53,142 bases of DNA. Source: Phoronis australis. Its lineage: Eukaryota > Animalia > Phoronida. The position numbers were made by a program, and so were the translations under genes. Position 1 is the stretch's first letter; the number at the start of each line of letters is the position of its first letter. The notes beneath the pieces are model-generated. The model was not told the DNA's origin, made no database searches, and worked only from the letters and a program-made list of their open reading frames with translations. The stretch spans positions 354,982 through 408,123 of the forward strand of contig NMRA01000192.1 in assembly GCA_002633005.1 (NCBI GenBank), given 5' to 3'. Of this stretch, positions 27,471 through 40,358 are shown one piece after another.

Positions 27471-30400
27471 AAATCAGTAAGTCAAATTTTCCCAGCTTGT
27501 ATTTAATAATGCAGCAGGAAGTTACATTGCGTCACGACGTATTTCAATGAGGAATATATTGTAAAGCAGGACAACTTTCACACCTGCTCCGATCCGAATG
27601 CAAGCGCCATCTCCTGAGAAAAAAATACATGTGAACACTTGCCAGTTGTCTGGTCCATCGCCCACCCCCAAATAAGAAAGCAAGCCTGCCTTCTTACCGC
27701 AGGAAGCTTACATTCGAGTGTTATGTTAATGTGCATGAAACCTGCCGGTAAGGTTGCTTTCCCATGTCACGTGATTGGCCTCCATAGCGTTGTGCACGTT
27801 GGTATTAGGGTTACTGGTCATAAGAAGACACATAGGATTTCTTTGTGACTGCCTAGAGTTTGCTCTACCTTCGGACAGGACGTCCTATCTGATCCTCTAT
27901 AAAATAGCGCGCGGGAATAGGTTATGCAGACAACACTGTCTTCCCTGAGGCTCAAAATGACACGTGACTGGTTTGCGCACAGCACGAAATTCGTACCCGG
28001 CTTCACATTGTTTATTGTAATGGATATCATAAAACCGCCAAGTTTCACCTGCAAGCGAAACAGGTGAACTTCTACTCAAATTGTAAAGTCTGGTCACGAA
28101 TCTCATACCTCAGGTGCAATAGGCTACGTCAATGACAAAATGCTTGCAGATAAATATTAGTTTTTCTTGAGTTTATTTTCTTTCGCTGACCGAGTACAAA
28201 CAAACAGGCACGTAGTTTTGGTCACTAAAACCGATCTCCTTTATCGAATGCGAATACGATCTAATTAACCTTTCTCTAAATGGGATTATATCTTGTTTAT
28301 TTTCTTGTACTTGCTCTATCAAATTTTAATCAATAACTTGAGATCGATGTACACACAAACTACCGGATAAATCATAACTTCCCTTTTGTGCCAGCCTTAT
28401 TGAATCTCAGTACGACCGTGGTGATTTAACTCAAATATTTTCCTTTCAACTTCCTGTGAGCTCTGGTCAAATATTTATGAAAATTCAGATAAAAGACGTT
28501 TATCCGCCCGTATGACAACGGACCTAAAGAATTGCAATAGGACTATTTCGCACTCCGTCACTATAAATAAGGCGCATCCCTTGCCGATGGACCTACATAA
28601 ATTGCATAAGACAAACAAAACTTCTCTGACCACCTCTCCGTTCGCAACTCTCTGAATGATACGTGTTGATAGTAGCGATGGGGTGAGAGCTATTGTATTG
28701 TATAGGTGACACAATTGTAACACATTTGTCTGCAGGTAATTTTCTGAGAAAACAGAGTGAATTAAATTTACTAATTGTCTTGTAATTTTTAAGACAAATA
28801 GCACTCGTCGGGTTGAGTGCAACAGAGCTATCCTTGCCCTGCGCGTAGATTTAATAAAGCGCTAGAAATTAAACTCGACTGTAATAAGTCCGTTATCCAA
28901 AAGCAATGCACCGAGTTTAAAACTGGATTTGAAAATGCTCGTTTACAGGAAAAAATGTTCTATTGTCATTTCGACATGCGTAATCTTTAAATCGCATATA
29001 CACGTAGGTTTCTGTCCCCTGATATTGAGGCCAGTGTTCCGACTTCTCTAAATGTTAGTAATACAGAACACATTCACATTGGTTCTTGAAGGAACTTTGG
29101 CTATGATATCTGTACTATTGATACCTCGTGTTCATGATTTTTGAAGGATTTTGACATTCCATGAATTCGATTGCGAGTGTGTAAATTCTACGACACTTAA
29201 TTTCTAAATCATTCGCACTTGCCTCTTGGGTTTACTTTAGCTGGTTATGAAAAGTTTTGATTAGGTTTCAATAATAACAATTCTCGTTCAAATGCAGGTG
29301 CTGTTCGTCTCGTATTATTCCAACCGTGTTATTGCGTGACACAATTGCTTAATAGCCCCTTTTATATACAATCTATTTCAAACGTGTGCCTGCCTCTTGA
29401 AGTGGCTTATGTGTCTAATCGAAGAGGTGTGAAAAATTAAGCTCCGATGGAAGTTTCGACTAAACAACAGATTACATGTTACGAGACACTGACTTGATTT
29501 AGCTCAACTTCATGCCATATACGAATTCTGTTGTCCAAAAAATTGCTTTTAGTGACGAGCCTACGAGCCGTCATACTCTTCAGGGGGAGGTTTTCTCCGT
29601 TCTACCGTCCCTTTTTGACGTCACAAAAATATGGCGACGCCCAAAAAGACAAAACTCAACGTTTTGGTATTGAGTTTGACGTCTTTAAAGCAGGGTTAAC
29701 CAACAACAACTAAGATACATGTATTGCCAAGATCCGACTGCAAGGAAAGCTTGCCGCCGTGCCAAATGTTTCACACCTCTGCTGTTATGAAATCGGCGAG
29801 AACACGGTCGTCTGGTTCGAGATGTCTTGAACTGTCCGAGGTGCCGATATTCACTCACAAAAAAATCATACACTATTGTAGTGCCGGCAGCCATTCCGCG
29901 CCTCGACTCCATAAAGGCACAGGTGTTACACTATTATAGATTGTAAACAACTACCTACATGGAACTACATGCATCCTATAAGCCCAATTGGTTGCACTTC
30001 GACCGTGCTGCCATCTCAAGTGCGTCCATAAGAGCACGTGACAAAAAGAAACTTTCAAAAAACGACAATCACAGTCGCGCTTGATGCCACCAGCATTGAC
30101 GTCACAAAATCTAGTATTTTAAACTCAAAATATGTACAACAGTTTTACTCGAAATCTCGAGATTTTACTAAAGTTTAGCGAACTAGCAGCAAAAACATAA
30201 AGCACTCGAACATTGAATCTGCAAAATTTGAAGTTTCTGCATAAAGAATTTCAAACCTTTCGGGGCTGTTTCGGGAGAATCACCTTATAGATTGTAAAAT
30301 GTGAAACATAATGTCCATTTCGATTAAAAATACCAAACCCTGAGCTCTGGGCCGGAGTATAAACTTTGTGCTTGAACATGGACTCGAAATTATGCTTTAC

Positions 30401-31794
30401 TTTTCCGTTCTACTCTACTGTATGGTTTACAGTACCAAGGTCACCTTCTAAACCTAGTTTGCACTTGATGACCCACGCATTTTAGGTCTAAGGTCTAGTC
30501 TAAACAAGAGATTTCGATTTCTTACTCAAAATTACGAAATTTTACTTGAGTTTGAATCTTGAAGGGTCATCAATTCACTTTAACTTAAACCTCATCTGCA
30601 TAAACAATAAAATACTCGTGCACAGATTAATTGATACATATCTTGAGTTTGTATTAAAGTCGAACGAAAAAGATGAAAACATAATTTTGAGTATGATTTC
30701 GATACGACCCCGGGCCCTAATGCGTGATCCTTTACTCGCAGTTGTAGGTTAAATTGCCTAAATCCCGCAAGTTAGTCACGCTGGCCGACTCAATAGACCC
30801 TGTGAAGGATTATTAATTTCACTCCAAACCTGTGAGCTCTGTCGATGGTCACAAAGCACCATTTTGTATTAGCAGCAAGACGGGGTTGTTCTTATTTGTT
30901 AATAGGCCAAAATCGGGTTTAGTGTCCTTTAAAAGGTATAAATATAAATGACCCCCTGTCCCCTATTTATTCACACAACTTTAAGGGCGTTCACAAATTG
31001 AGGTTCCCAGACAAAAATCTGCAAACCTGTCACTTGCGAACAACAAAGAAAATTTCGATCTTTGTGTTCTCACCGGAAAAAAATACGGTAAAATAAGTTG
31101 ATTCTGACCCGGAAGTGATGTCAGATTGTGTGATGCGCAACCCAACAAACATCAGTTGGTCAGGTGATATCTGTGGAGTTGTGCTTTTATTAAGTTCAGT
31201 AATGATCCGATTTTTTGGGAATCGATATTTAAACGGATTGAGTTATGTTCCGTGATAAGTAAATGATGTAGAATAAGCAATACAGGCAGAAAATAAGGAG
31301 ACTGACGTCACTGATGAGTAAAGAGGCGTAATCAGCGACCGTAAATCATGAATAAAACGGCCAAAGTTGAACATTATTACACGACAGACCATTCTTAAAC
31401 AGCTGATAGTAAACCTTTGTCAAAAGTGTTTATTTTGCTGAACTTCCACAAACATATGTGATGCCAATGGATTTCCCTGTTGAACCACGTGATTTTCAGG
31501 TACCACTTCACTGTAGTCCCACATCGACACCACCGAAATCGTCCCCAGCTAACAATTTGTACTACATGTAAGTTATCGAGTCTGACTTCTATCTGCGCTT
31601 TCGTATTGGGTTGTGTTCGCGTTTCTCTCTATACTTTCTATGAAATGCTGCAACCTTGGTCATGTTTAATTGTTATCACACAAATGTTACTGAAATAAAA
31701 ACAATAACACTATCGTTGATTCTAACAGCAACACTAACTTAACCTACCGAGATTTTCTATGGATTAAGGATTTTCTAAATGGCCAGCGAATCAA

Positions 31795-31922
31795 TGAAAA
31801 ATGTGGGGGATATAGCCCATAGCCCCAACCCCTCATGGTGTACCATCCATAGACGATGGGCAGCGCAGCACTGAAAAAAGTGGGGGCTATAAACCCCAGC
31901 CCCCTATGGTGCACCGCCCATG
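31795..31922. mobile_element. Same 68-bp MITE family in opposite orientation (31855-31922), plus a degenerate partial copy immediately upstream
   Basis: gatgggcagcgcagcactgaaaaaagtgggggctata...tatggtgcaccgcccatg resembles the reverse complement of 14211-14278. Confidence 0.7.
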
Positions 31923-32563
31923 TTCTCTGAATCGAGGGAAGTGTATTCATGGGAGAGCACCGGAAAACTAAAATTGCTTTAGTTGGCGAATAAGGAGTTG
32001 TTTTAAAACCACGAAATTTTTAGCCAAATCTGGCACCATTTAAAATTCACAAGTGTGTTCATATTTTATCAACCTGCCCAAAAATTGACCTAAGTGTTTA
32101 GAATTAAATTAAACTCGTTTGTGCTACACAAAACCGCTTTCAATAGTCGCACTGGTAATAAAATTGCGCATTTACTGTCAAGTGTTACCTTTGTATTGAT
32201 TTGATGCTAAAAATGTAAGTTTGTTACTCGTTTCACGATTTTATAGAATAAAACTTTAACACGACAAACTTCTTCATTTTGTATGACACTCACGGCATGT
32301 CGCAGAAAATGAGCTATATTTACCTTATTGTTCGCAGATTTGACGAGTAGTTTGGCTTCCGTCATGGTGGGGCGTGACGTCAAGCGAGTAACATTCGGAA
32401 CCCACCGAGAGGTGTCCTTACTGTCGCAAGCTCAATTCGCTTCACAATATCGCCTTGCAGTCGCGGCCTTTAGCCTGCCGGCACAGAGACTATCATTGCA
32501 AACACTTAACGATGTCACAGCATACAAAGTTTTGATTGGGTGTTGAATAGTTTTTGGAGAGCT

Positions 32564-32661
32564 TTGGTCCACCTGAAAGAGAAGTCAGACGACAAGAAAT
32601 GCGGATGATAGAATGTCCTGATTGTCCTGCCAAATATGTTGGTGAAACCGCTCGAAATCTA
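32564..32661 (+). mobile_element. Degenerate Penelope-like retroelement fragment (GIY-YIG endonuclease N-terminus)
   Basis: Reads LVHLKEKSDDKKCG, then after a frameshift IECPDCPAKYVGETARNL, matching the Penelope LVHPKD...CxxC...YVGETxR pattern. A possible continuation lies at ~32945-33070. Confidence 0.65.
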
Positions 32662-35153
32662 GCCTGGTACCAGACTAATATGACAATTTAACATACCATC
32701 TAACAACCCTATACAGCCGCAAGAGAATATCATATGGGCACATCTCACAACATTTGCACACCAACAGTCAGCGAGGGGGGCAGAGCGTGGCGGAACGTGT
32801 TCCCGTTTTTTTAGTCCTCCGATAGCATTTGGGTACACCAGGGTCCCGCAACTTTTCGGGCCGCTTGCGCATACAATCTCGCTTTGCCCAATTCTCCGAG
32901 GCAACATCTTGGCCCCCCTTTTGGTATCCTAGATGTCCATTGTGAAGGACCAGCTATTTACCATTGCCTTCTCGCAAGTAACAGCCACCAGGTGGTGTTG
33001 GACAACCACCAAGGACCACCCAGTGGAGACCATGTGCCACGAATATGCCCGCCAGTACGCCGACTGGCGAAGGGTCCAGAACGGGCTAGAAAGCTAGGTC
33101 CGCAAACACAACAGGCGCCGATAGGTAACTACTTCCCTATAACGGCTCCATCTATGAACATTCATTCTATCATATTTCTTATAGTGTCCGTGGTTTTTAA
33201 ACAGTTCCTTGTTCGCCAATTAACACAATTTTAGTTTCACATGCTCTCCTCATGAATACACGGAAATTGACAGGGAATCTTCAAGAAAACCTGCCAGTTG
33301 ATTATAGACGTTGAATAGATACTGTTAAAATCAACAATCGCAAGTTATTTTGCTCAGTAAACATGACCAGTGTTGTAGCATTACATAGAAATTTAAAATG
33401 AAAACAACAATTCCATAGTGTAACATGAGGAGGAATCAATGAGATCGAACGTATTGTCTTCTACGGACGATTTCTGTAGCTAGCGCATATAATATACTAA
33501 GACGAAGATAACCTGGAAGATGACGTACACCAATTTTCCGCAAGGTGCTGTACTGCACGACTGCTGCCAGTTTTGTCTAGTAGAAGAAAGAGATTCGACG
33601 GTCCGTGCGGTTAACCCAGCAGGAAACTAATTCCCCGTTATGAATTTTTACCAATAAAGGGACATCAACAATGTGTAGCACTAAAGCTTGGATTGAGAAT
33701 AAAATTCTTGGATATACTTCCACACAACTTTCCCCGTTTTGACGCTTTGGCAGTACATGTGCATAGTAAGTAGGTTCAGCTTATCTATACCTCTATCCGT
33801 AACTGTAAACCAATAACAGGGGGCGTGGCTATTTTGGTAAGGTTTGGATGACTGTGTGCAGTAAATTGGACAGAGGATATAAAGAGAACATGTGGCATTT
33901 AAGACTCTGTTACAACTCGGCGGGAACAACATTTTACCTGATTTTGTGGCTTTCGGGAAGGTGCAAACTTACTCTGACCTCAACTGTACCAAAGAGGAAA
34001 TCTACGGAGTTTTATGGGTCCTATGTTTTCAAACAACTTGCTGCTGTTGACGACGGTGTTCGTCTTTCCGTAACAACGATCAGGCTTTCGTTTTCTCAAG
34101 AAAATATTTGCTCAGACGCCAGGCCGACTTAAAAAAACGCTTCAATAGCAGTACACGGAAGCTAACTGTAAGATTTGTGCACGTTTTTAAACAGTTTCCA
34201 GAGAGCCACGCGAGAGTTCTAATGCCTGTGGCATATCGATGATAGTTCCAGAAGTATTATGAAACGGTCATGAGAAGCTGCAATATGTCACACTTCAGAT
34301 CCTAAAACAATGAATCGGGTAAAGTTGTTACTGGGCGGTCCGTCGATTTTAATTCCCCGTCGAATAAAGCGAAAGTGATTTTGTTCGTTAGGTACGAAGG
34401 AATTTGTAAACCAAATATTTACCTTCCAGTGATCTCGGGTTAACATTTGCACGAGGGAATTGGCAGATATTGGACTAATTAAGAAACGTGGTTTATGAAA
34501 ATCGATTTTTCCGGTGACGCAAAGGTAACACAAAATTGTAATAGTCACTGTAAAATATATACTACTGAGGTTTTGACTGCAAGTTACAGGATTTTTTTCA
34601 GAAATATAACTCCGGTCAGATCAGACATCCGTCTCATCAAAAGGAACTTAAGACTTAAGACAGAAATTTGGTGTAACGCTCCCTTTCCACAATTGCTGTA
34701 TAAAGGTTTAGCAAAGTACCTATGAGCGCATCACTCCGTAGACACATCATACAGAAATTAGCTAGCTGTTATGTGTATGTTTTAACAGACTTTGTATTGT
34801 TGCTCAAGCTGGATTTAATTATAATTCAGAAATAGTTGTGTGGAACGTAAGACCAAATGTCTGACCTAAGTCTTATTCGTCATTTTTCATGATACGGACC
34901 CCTGCCCATAATAACTTTTTGCTTTACGACATGTGAGGTGGAGCATAGAACTGACATTCTATGAAGAGTAGAGCGAAGTTGTCTGGGCTGCGGAATCCCA
35001 CACGTATTGATGACCAAGGGACATTGTACTATCATCTCTTGCCTCCTACTCAGTCTTTGTTTCAGTGGTTGAAAGGGAGGGTGGAAAGCAGCGCTCAGCG
35101 CTGACGAGGCTACCTTAATTAAAAGTACTGAAATACGGAAACTGTAGTACATT

Positions 35154-35185
35154 GTAATCGTTATAATAATTATAGTAATGATTGC

Positions 35186-35216
<31 letters not shown>

Positions 35217-35280
35217 GTAATAATAATGATAATAATATTAATAGCAATAGTAATAACAATAGTAAAAGTAATAGAAATAA
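35154..35280. repeat. Compound (AAT/CAA)n microsatellite
   Basis: Pure (CAA)n run at ~35185-35216 within degenerate AAT triplets. Confidence 0.85.
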
Positions 35281-35625
35281 TTTGAATAGTTGTGACAGCA
35301 ATTAATTAAAGACGATCCGTTGTAGATGTTCGATCGGACAAAGATTACACTGTACAATGTATAGTAGTCTTGGCCTCTCTGCGCCTCCCAAAGGAGCAAT
35401 TGCAGATTTTGTCGTCATCGTAGTGGAACTCTTTTTGGATCTCTTTGATCCAGCAGTAGGTTGCAAAATGGCCAGAGTGTTGTCACAGTGGTGGACAATT
35501 ACTGCCACAAAGTAGTAGGACCCGTCAGAGCTTGTGAAGTTTGAAGTACGGCACTGTGGTTGAAGGTTCATCTTATTATCAGTCTCCATACGACTGTGTC
35601 TTCTCAAGGCGCTTCATAGCTTGCT

Positions 35626-35839
35626 GATAAGAGTAATAATACTAAAAATAACAATAATAGTAACAATGATAATGATAATGATAATAATGACGATGATGGT
35701 GATGTTGGTGAAAATTACAATAACAATAAAAATAACAATAACAATAGTGATAATGATATTGATAACAATAAAAACAATAATAATAATAATAAAAACAATA
35801 GCAATAACACTAATAATAATACTGATATTAATGATAATA

Positions 35840-35909
<70 letters not shown>

Positions 35910-35950
35910 CGACGACAACAACAACAACAATAATAATAGCAATGATAATT
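35626..35950. repeat. Compound (AAT/AAC/ATG)n microsatellite
   Basis: About 23 pure ATG units at ~35840-35908; this explains the poly-Met and poly-Ser pseudo-ORFs. Confidence 0.92.
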
Positions 35951-38900
35951 CAGAAACTGACATACTACATCATATGAACAGCAAGTATATTAAAAGGGGA
36001 CTTAAATTAGTCATTTCTATGTAGATATTTTAATAGATTATTTTCTTTTCTCCAGGTCGCGGACGCTTGCTTGAACGCTGTATCTTTGTACCTGTAACCG
36101 ACGCGACCGTAATTTGAAAACTCAAATATCGTCATTAGACAAGACCGACGAACCAGCGATCATGCAGCTGCGAAAGATGGCAGCGTTCTCTATCGGATTT
36201 AATTGATATAGCATACACCATGATAAAAATACTACACACATTCTTCAGAAACAAGCAACTTTCTTATTCAAGCCCATGATCTAATGAATCCCAAAAAGAG
36301 GCTTTCGGTCCTGAAGCTGGCTGTTGGCTTCAAAATGATGGAGCTGCAACACGGGCCCTAATTATGATAATCGTTGACAGTTTAACAAGTGAAATTGTTA
36401 GTTTATCGACAAATCGTTCTCGCTTCACTAATTTCATTTCTAAATAGCCACCTTGCAAAGTGCATATATTGCTCCGGAAAGTCAATTCAAACAAATTTCG
36501 ACCTTGAACGCATTAAATACATTAAGAGACGTAATATACGTCTTATCATTAACAGGAAATAAAGTTGATAACTTATACGGCATGGGAAGGTGCGAATTTA
36601 TTAGTAATTTCATGAGATATTCTACTTAACAAGAACCACGGTAATTGAGGCGAGAGGGTAAGCCGGAGTTCGATTAAAGACCAGTTCCGCCATTACCTGT
36701 GAGTCTTGGAAGAAGTAGTGAAATAATTATACACTCTTTGTAAAAACCTTATTGATTCAGCCATCAAGCTCTTCCTCTGCAATATCATTATCAAACCTAT
36801 TCCTCTAAGTTATTAGTGTAATTTCTACACTTGTTATAAATAGAGTATAAAATAATTTCTCTATTCCAAATTACTTATCAGAGTTAAGAAGGCGCTTGAT
36901 GGAAAGAGTTTCCGGACTTCACGCTTCGTCATATAATGGACAGAATAAGTGATTCACGGGTTGTTATTGCGCTTCTTGACTTGTGACATATATTTGTTTA
37001 TGAAGCGAAGATTTTAAAGATATGCAGTAACATTGTCTTGCAAGTTTTATAGCAATTGTTACCGAAATTCGGCTTGACGTGTTCTAAACATGCGGACAAT
37101 AACCTAGTTGTACAATCAGTTGAAAAAATTCAGTCTTCTAATTTGTTCACACCCTGGTCAGTATATTTTATGAAAATAACAGAAGAAAAACAGAACTACC
37201 CTCAGCGACGTCACCAACAACCAAATGCCCAAGTTGCATTCACAAACCTGTCATTTAGCAAACATCTTTTACTAGAGTTTGATTCGTATCAGGTTTTAAT
37301 TGGAACTTTAATTAAATGTCACGTGGTTATGAATCGCGAACGTCGCTGAATGTTGACGATGAGCTTTGTCGCTAGGGTCACGTAACATGCAACGTTTGTG
37401 CATTTAGCATTGTCAACAAGACACGAGCTTCAGTACAATGCAATGTTCATTAACCATGGTTTTATACTGTCAACTCATTTCTGCAGAGTTTGCTTTCAAT
37501 TAAAACGCGTATAAACCGATAAACAAAAGTTAACCAGAAGCGTGCGTAAGGCTACTGGACCGTATTTATTCATCAAAGTCACATAGTTGCCTGTGAATTC
37601 GGGCATTCTCTTATTTTGCTTTCAAAAACATAATGAAGTTTTTGAAAGCAATTTAGAGAGCATGCATTTATATTATATATTGTTCAGCTTCCAGTTATTA
37701 ACCGAGTAAAAGTACTGAGATGTATATGCATCAAAATAAGTGGTGTTCGTTACATGTAGGTGTGTATTAAACATAAGCATTGCTGCGTGCATGCGCATTG
37801 TTTGGCATAATCATTCTTGGCTGATTTTCATTTTTGGAATTGTTCACTTGTTTGTATATGCACCGTGGCGACAGCCGACAAGTAATCTTGTAGAAATCTG
37901 TACCAAAAGCATATTTTGAATTCGTTCGCCGTATTCTCAGAAACTGGCAGATTGTATAATATTATTCAAAACACTTCTAATCACGACGGAAAAAATAACA
38001 CTCTAATCGATACATCACAAGTTTCAGCTCAATGGAGAAATATGTAACGAGTCATCCACTGAATATAGATAGCGTTAAAAGCCTACTTAACGCGCCGGTA
38101 TCGCTATCAATGTTTACATTGCCCTATCGGAAAACAAAGCCTAGGTTGCATTAACGATACACCTCCGTCTAAGTCTATTATCTGACTTTTGCTTTCCACA
38201 AAATCAATCTGCGTAACCATAGCGATGATCTGAAACGTATTAAAGTGGGGCGCATAGGTGACACAAAACCACGGCTTAACCTCGTCAACTCATGCTCAGT
38301 GAACTGCGCACCTTTCTTGATAGCAATTGTTTTCAAAGCAATACTTTTCCCGGATGCATAGACATTTCCGCATCCTTCCATAAAGCACCTCTCCGGATAA
38401 CGGTAATAGTCCGCTTATAAAGTTGCAACCGGTTGGGCATATCGACTTCAGGATGTCGAAATTGAAATGAGAACTATTAGGGGTTCCGTTATCAACTCGG
38501 CAGTTGGTGAAACGTCAATGTGCGTGCCAAGGGTTTGAGGAAAAAACCTCGACCCTACGCGGATGCGGGCATGTAATTACATTCGTAGTGTATGACACCG
38601 ATGGCTACTGCTATAGCCACTTTGACACTCTGGGAACACCTTTGCTGTTCGATAAATGGAGAGGTGTCAACAGTCTTGTCGGAGCATGCTATCGAGGAAT
38701 CATGATGAGACATTTTACGGAACAGTGACAAAAATCTTTACGTCACATCTCATGCACGAACATGAATAATAGCATAATGGATAAACAGCAATATCGGAAC
38801 GGTGCATCAATTATATTTTGTTCGCATCTGATACGCACGATCAACGACGTCCAATAATTATCTGCCTGACCAGAATGAAGAAATGCTGTCACTTAGTCGT

Positions 38901-39517
38901 GCAATTTATTCGATGAAAAAGTACACTTTATGATTTAAAAGCGTTTTTCTAGAAAAATATTTAAAGCAACACCAAAGCTGTGCTTTTGACCAAAAATAGA
39001 TATTTGATCTACAGCGTGAGCTTTAGATTCTGGGGCTTCAAAAGAACTGACAGTTCGTTGCTGTTGGACACCAAGCTCAAAAAATTTCAGGTCACGGCGT
39101 GAATTTGGACCGAAGAAATAAAAGAATGCCTGGGGTTTTCCCGATCTCCAAAGTGGCCGAAATCGAACTTGATTTTTTACACTTAGCTCCTTTAAAACCT
39201 GTATAGATCAAACGTCTTTGGTGTTGAGGCTACAATAGTAACAGAAACAATATGGCCGCAAATTCTCCAACAAAAACTCTCTTTCGAAAAAACAGAAAGT
39301 TTTTCACCTGCCACAAATGACACGAATCGAAAAATCGTATCTCGTGATTAAAGTTTGATTCGCTGCGCTATTAACGTTTTCCACGCGATATGTTCTGTCT
39401 TGTTTTCAAGAAGTGAATTTTTGGCAAGCTTTTATTTAGTTTACAATAGCCTTGACAACGTTTCATGCATTTCTGACCTATTTCAAATTTTGTTTATTTG
39501 CGTTTCCGTTCTACATG

Positions 39518-39839
39518 CAGGGGCGGATCCAGGATTTTGAGTTAGGGGGGCCAGGGGGCCAGGGCAAAGGAATAAGCAGCATTTCGGCAGATGCGCGCGC
39601 CCAGCCTAAAATCTGGGGATACAGGGGTCTTGAATTCTTGGGTTTGCGGAGCTGTTGACTTAAAAAAAAGGTAAGCGGGGTTTATTCAGGGCCTATGCGT
39701 TGTTTATTCACCCTCAAGCCCCCTGGTTGCGCGCATGTGCTAGTCGGCAGTTCGCACCCGATCTCACAAATGGGATCTGGTAGAATTCTAGGGGGGACCA
39801 TGGCCCCCTTNNCCCCCCCCCCCCCTAAATCCGCCACTG
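39518..39839. mobile_element. Non-autonomous TIR element (CAGGGGCGGAT...ATCCGCCACTG)
   Basis: Inverted termini with G-run/C-run subterminal tracts; flanked by an ACATG 5-bp direct repeat; contains NN at 39811-39812. Confidence 0.75.
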
Positions 39840-40328
39840 ACATGTATCATTCTTTCCTCTAACTATTGGAGTCTGCGGAGCGGTTCGTCGGCAAGGCGGA
39901 TAGGACTCAATCAGTTGATACTGTGTGAAGAGAATGTGTAGCGCTGGAGGCTGGTCTTAGTCCTTCTGTAAGCTCAATGCTGACAATATGCAGATATCTA
40001 ATGATTCGATATTGTCAGTGGTAACCGCTTGAATTTTTCTTCCGACGTTGTTCTTGTGTGATACCAGAAACATGAGGCAGATACTGACCATGTTCAGTAT
40101 ACGACGACACGTTACTTTTATGCAAGATTAACATTAATGCACGAATTTATTCAGTGTGTTTGTTTTCTTTTATGTTGCTCATTTCTTAATTTCTGATTTT
40201 GAGTTATGGTCACGTTGTGGTGTATTCATTTTAAAGTGTTTTGACTGTTTTACGCTTTTCTAGGAACCTGACCAGGAACCACTTATGTTATGTTTTCTGT
40301 ATTATGTTTTCTCCCTCCCTCCCCCCCT

Positions 40329-40358
40329 NNNNNNNNNNNNNNNNNNNNNNNNNNNNNN
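40329..40358. other. Assembly gap (30 N) within a C-rich tract
   Basis: Run of N. Confidence 0.98.

Larger units (their letters stand above)
31635..33391. repeat. Old long imperfect inverted repeat (31635-31728 with 33322-33391; 31941-32013 with 33189-33261)
   Basis: gtgtattcatgggagagca...ttttaaaaccacg pairs with cgtggtttttaaa...tgctctcctcatgaatacac; tttctatgaaatgctgcaaccttggtcatgttta pairs with taaacatgaccagtgttgtagcattacatagaaa. Confidence 0.75.

Noticed and set aside
35621-35977. Poly-Met/Ile ORF (+) and poly-Ser/Leu ORF (-)
   Set aside because: Simple translation of an (ATG/AAT)n microsatellite.
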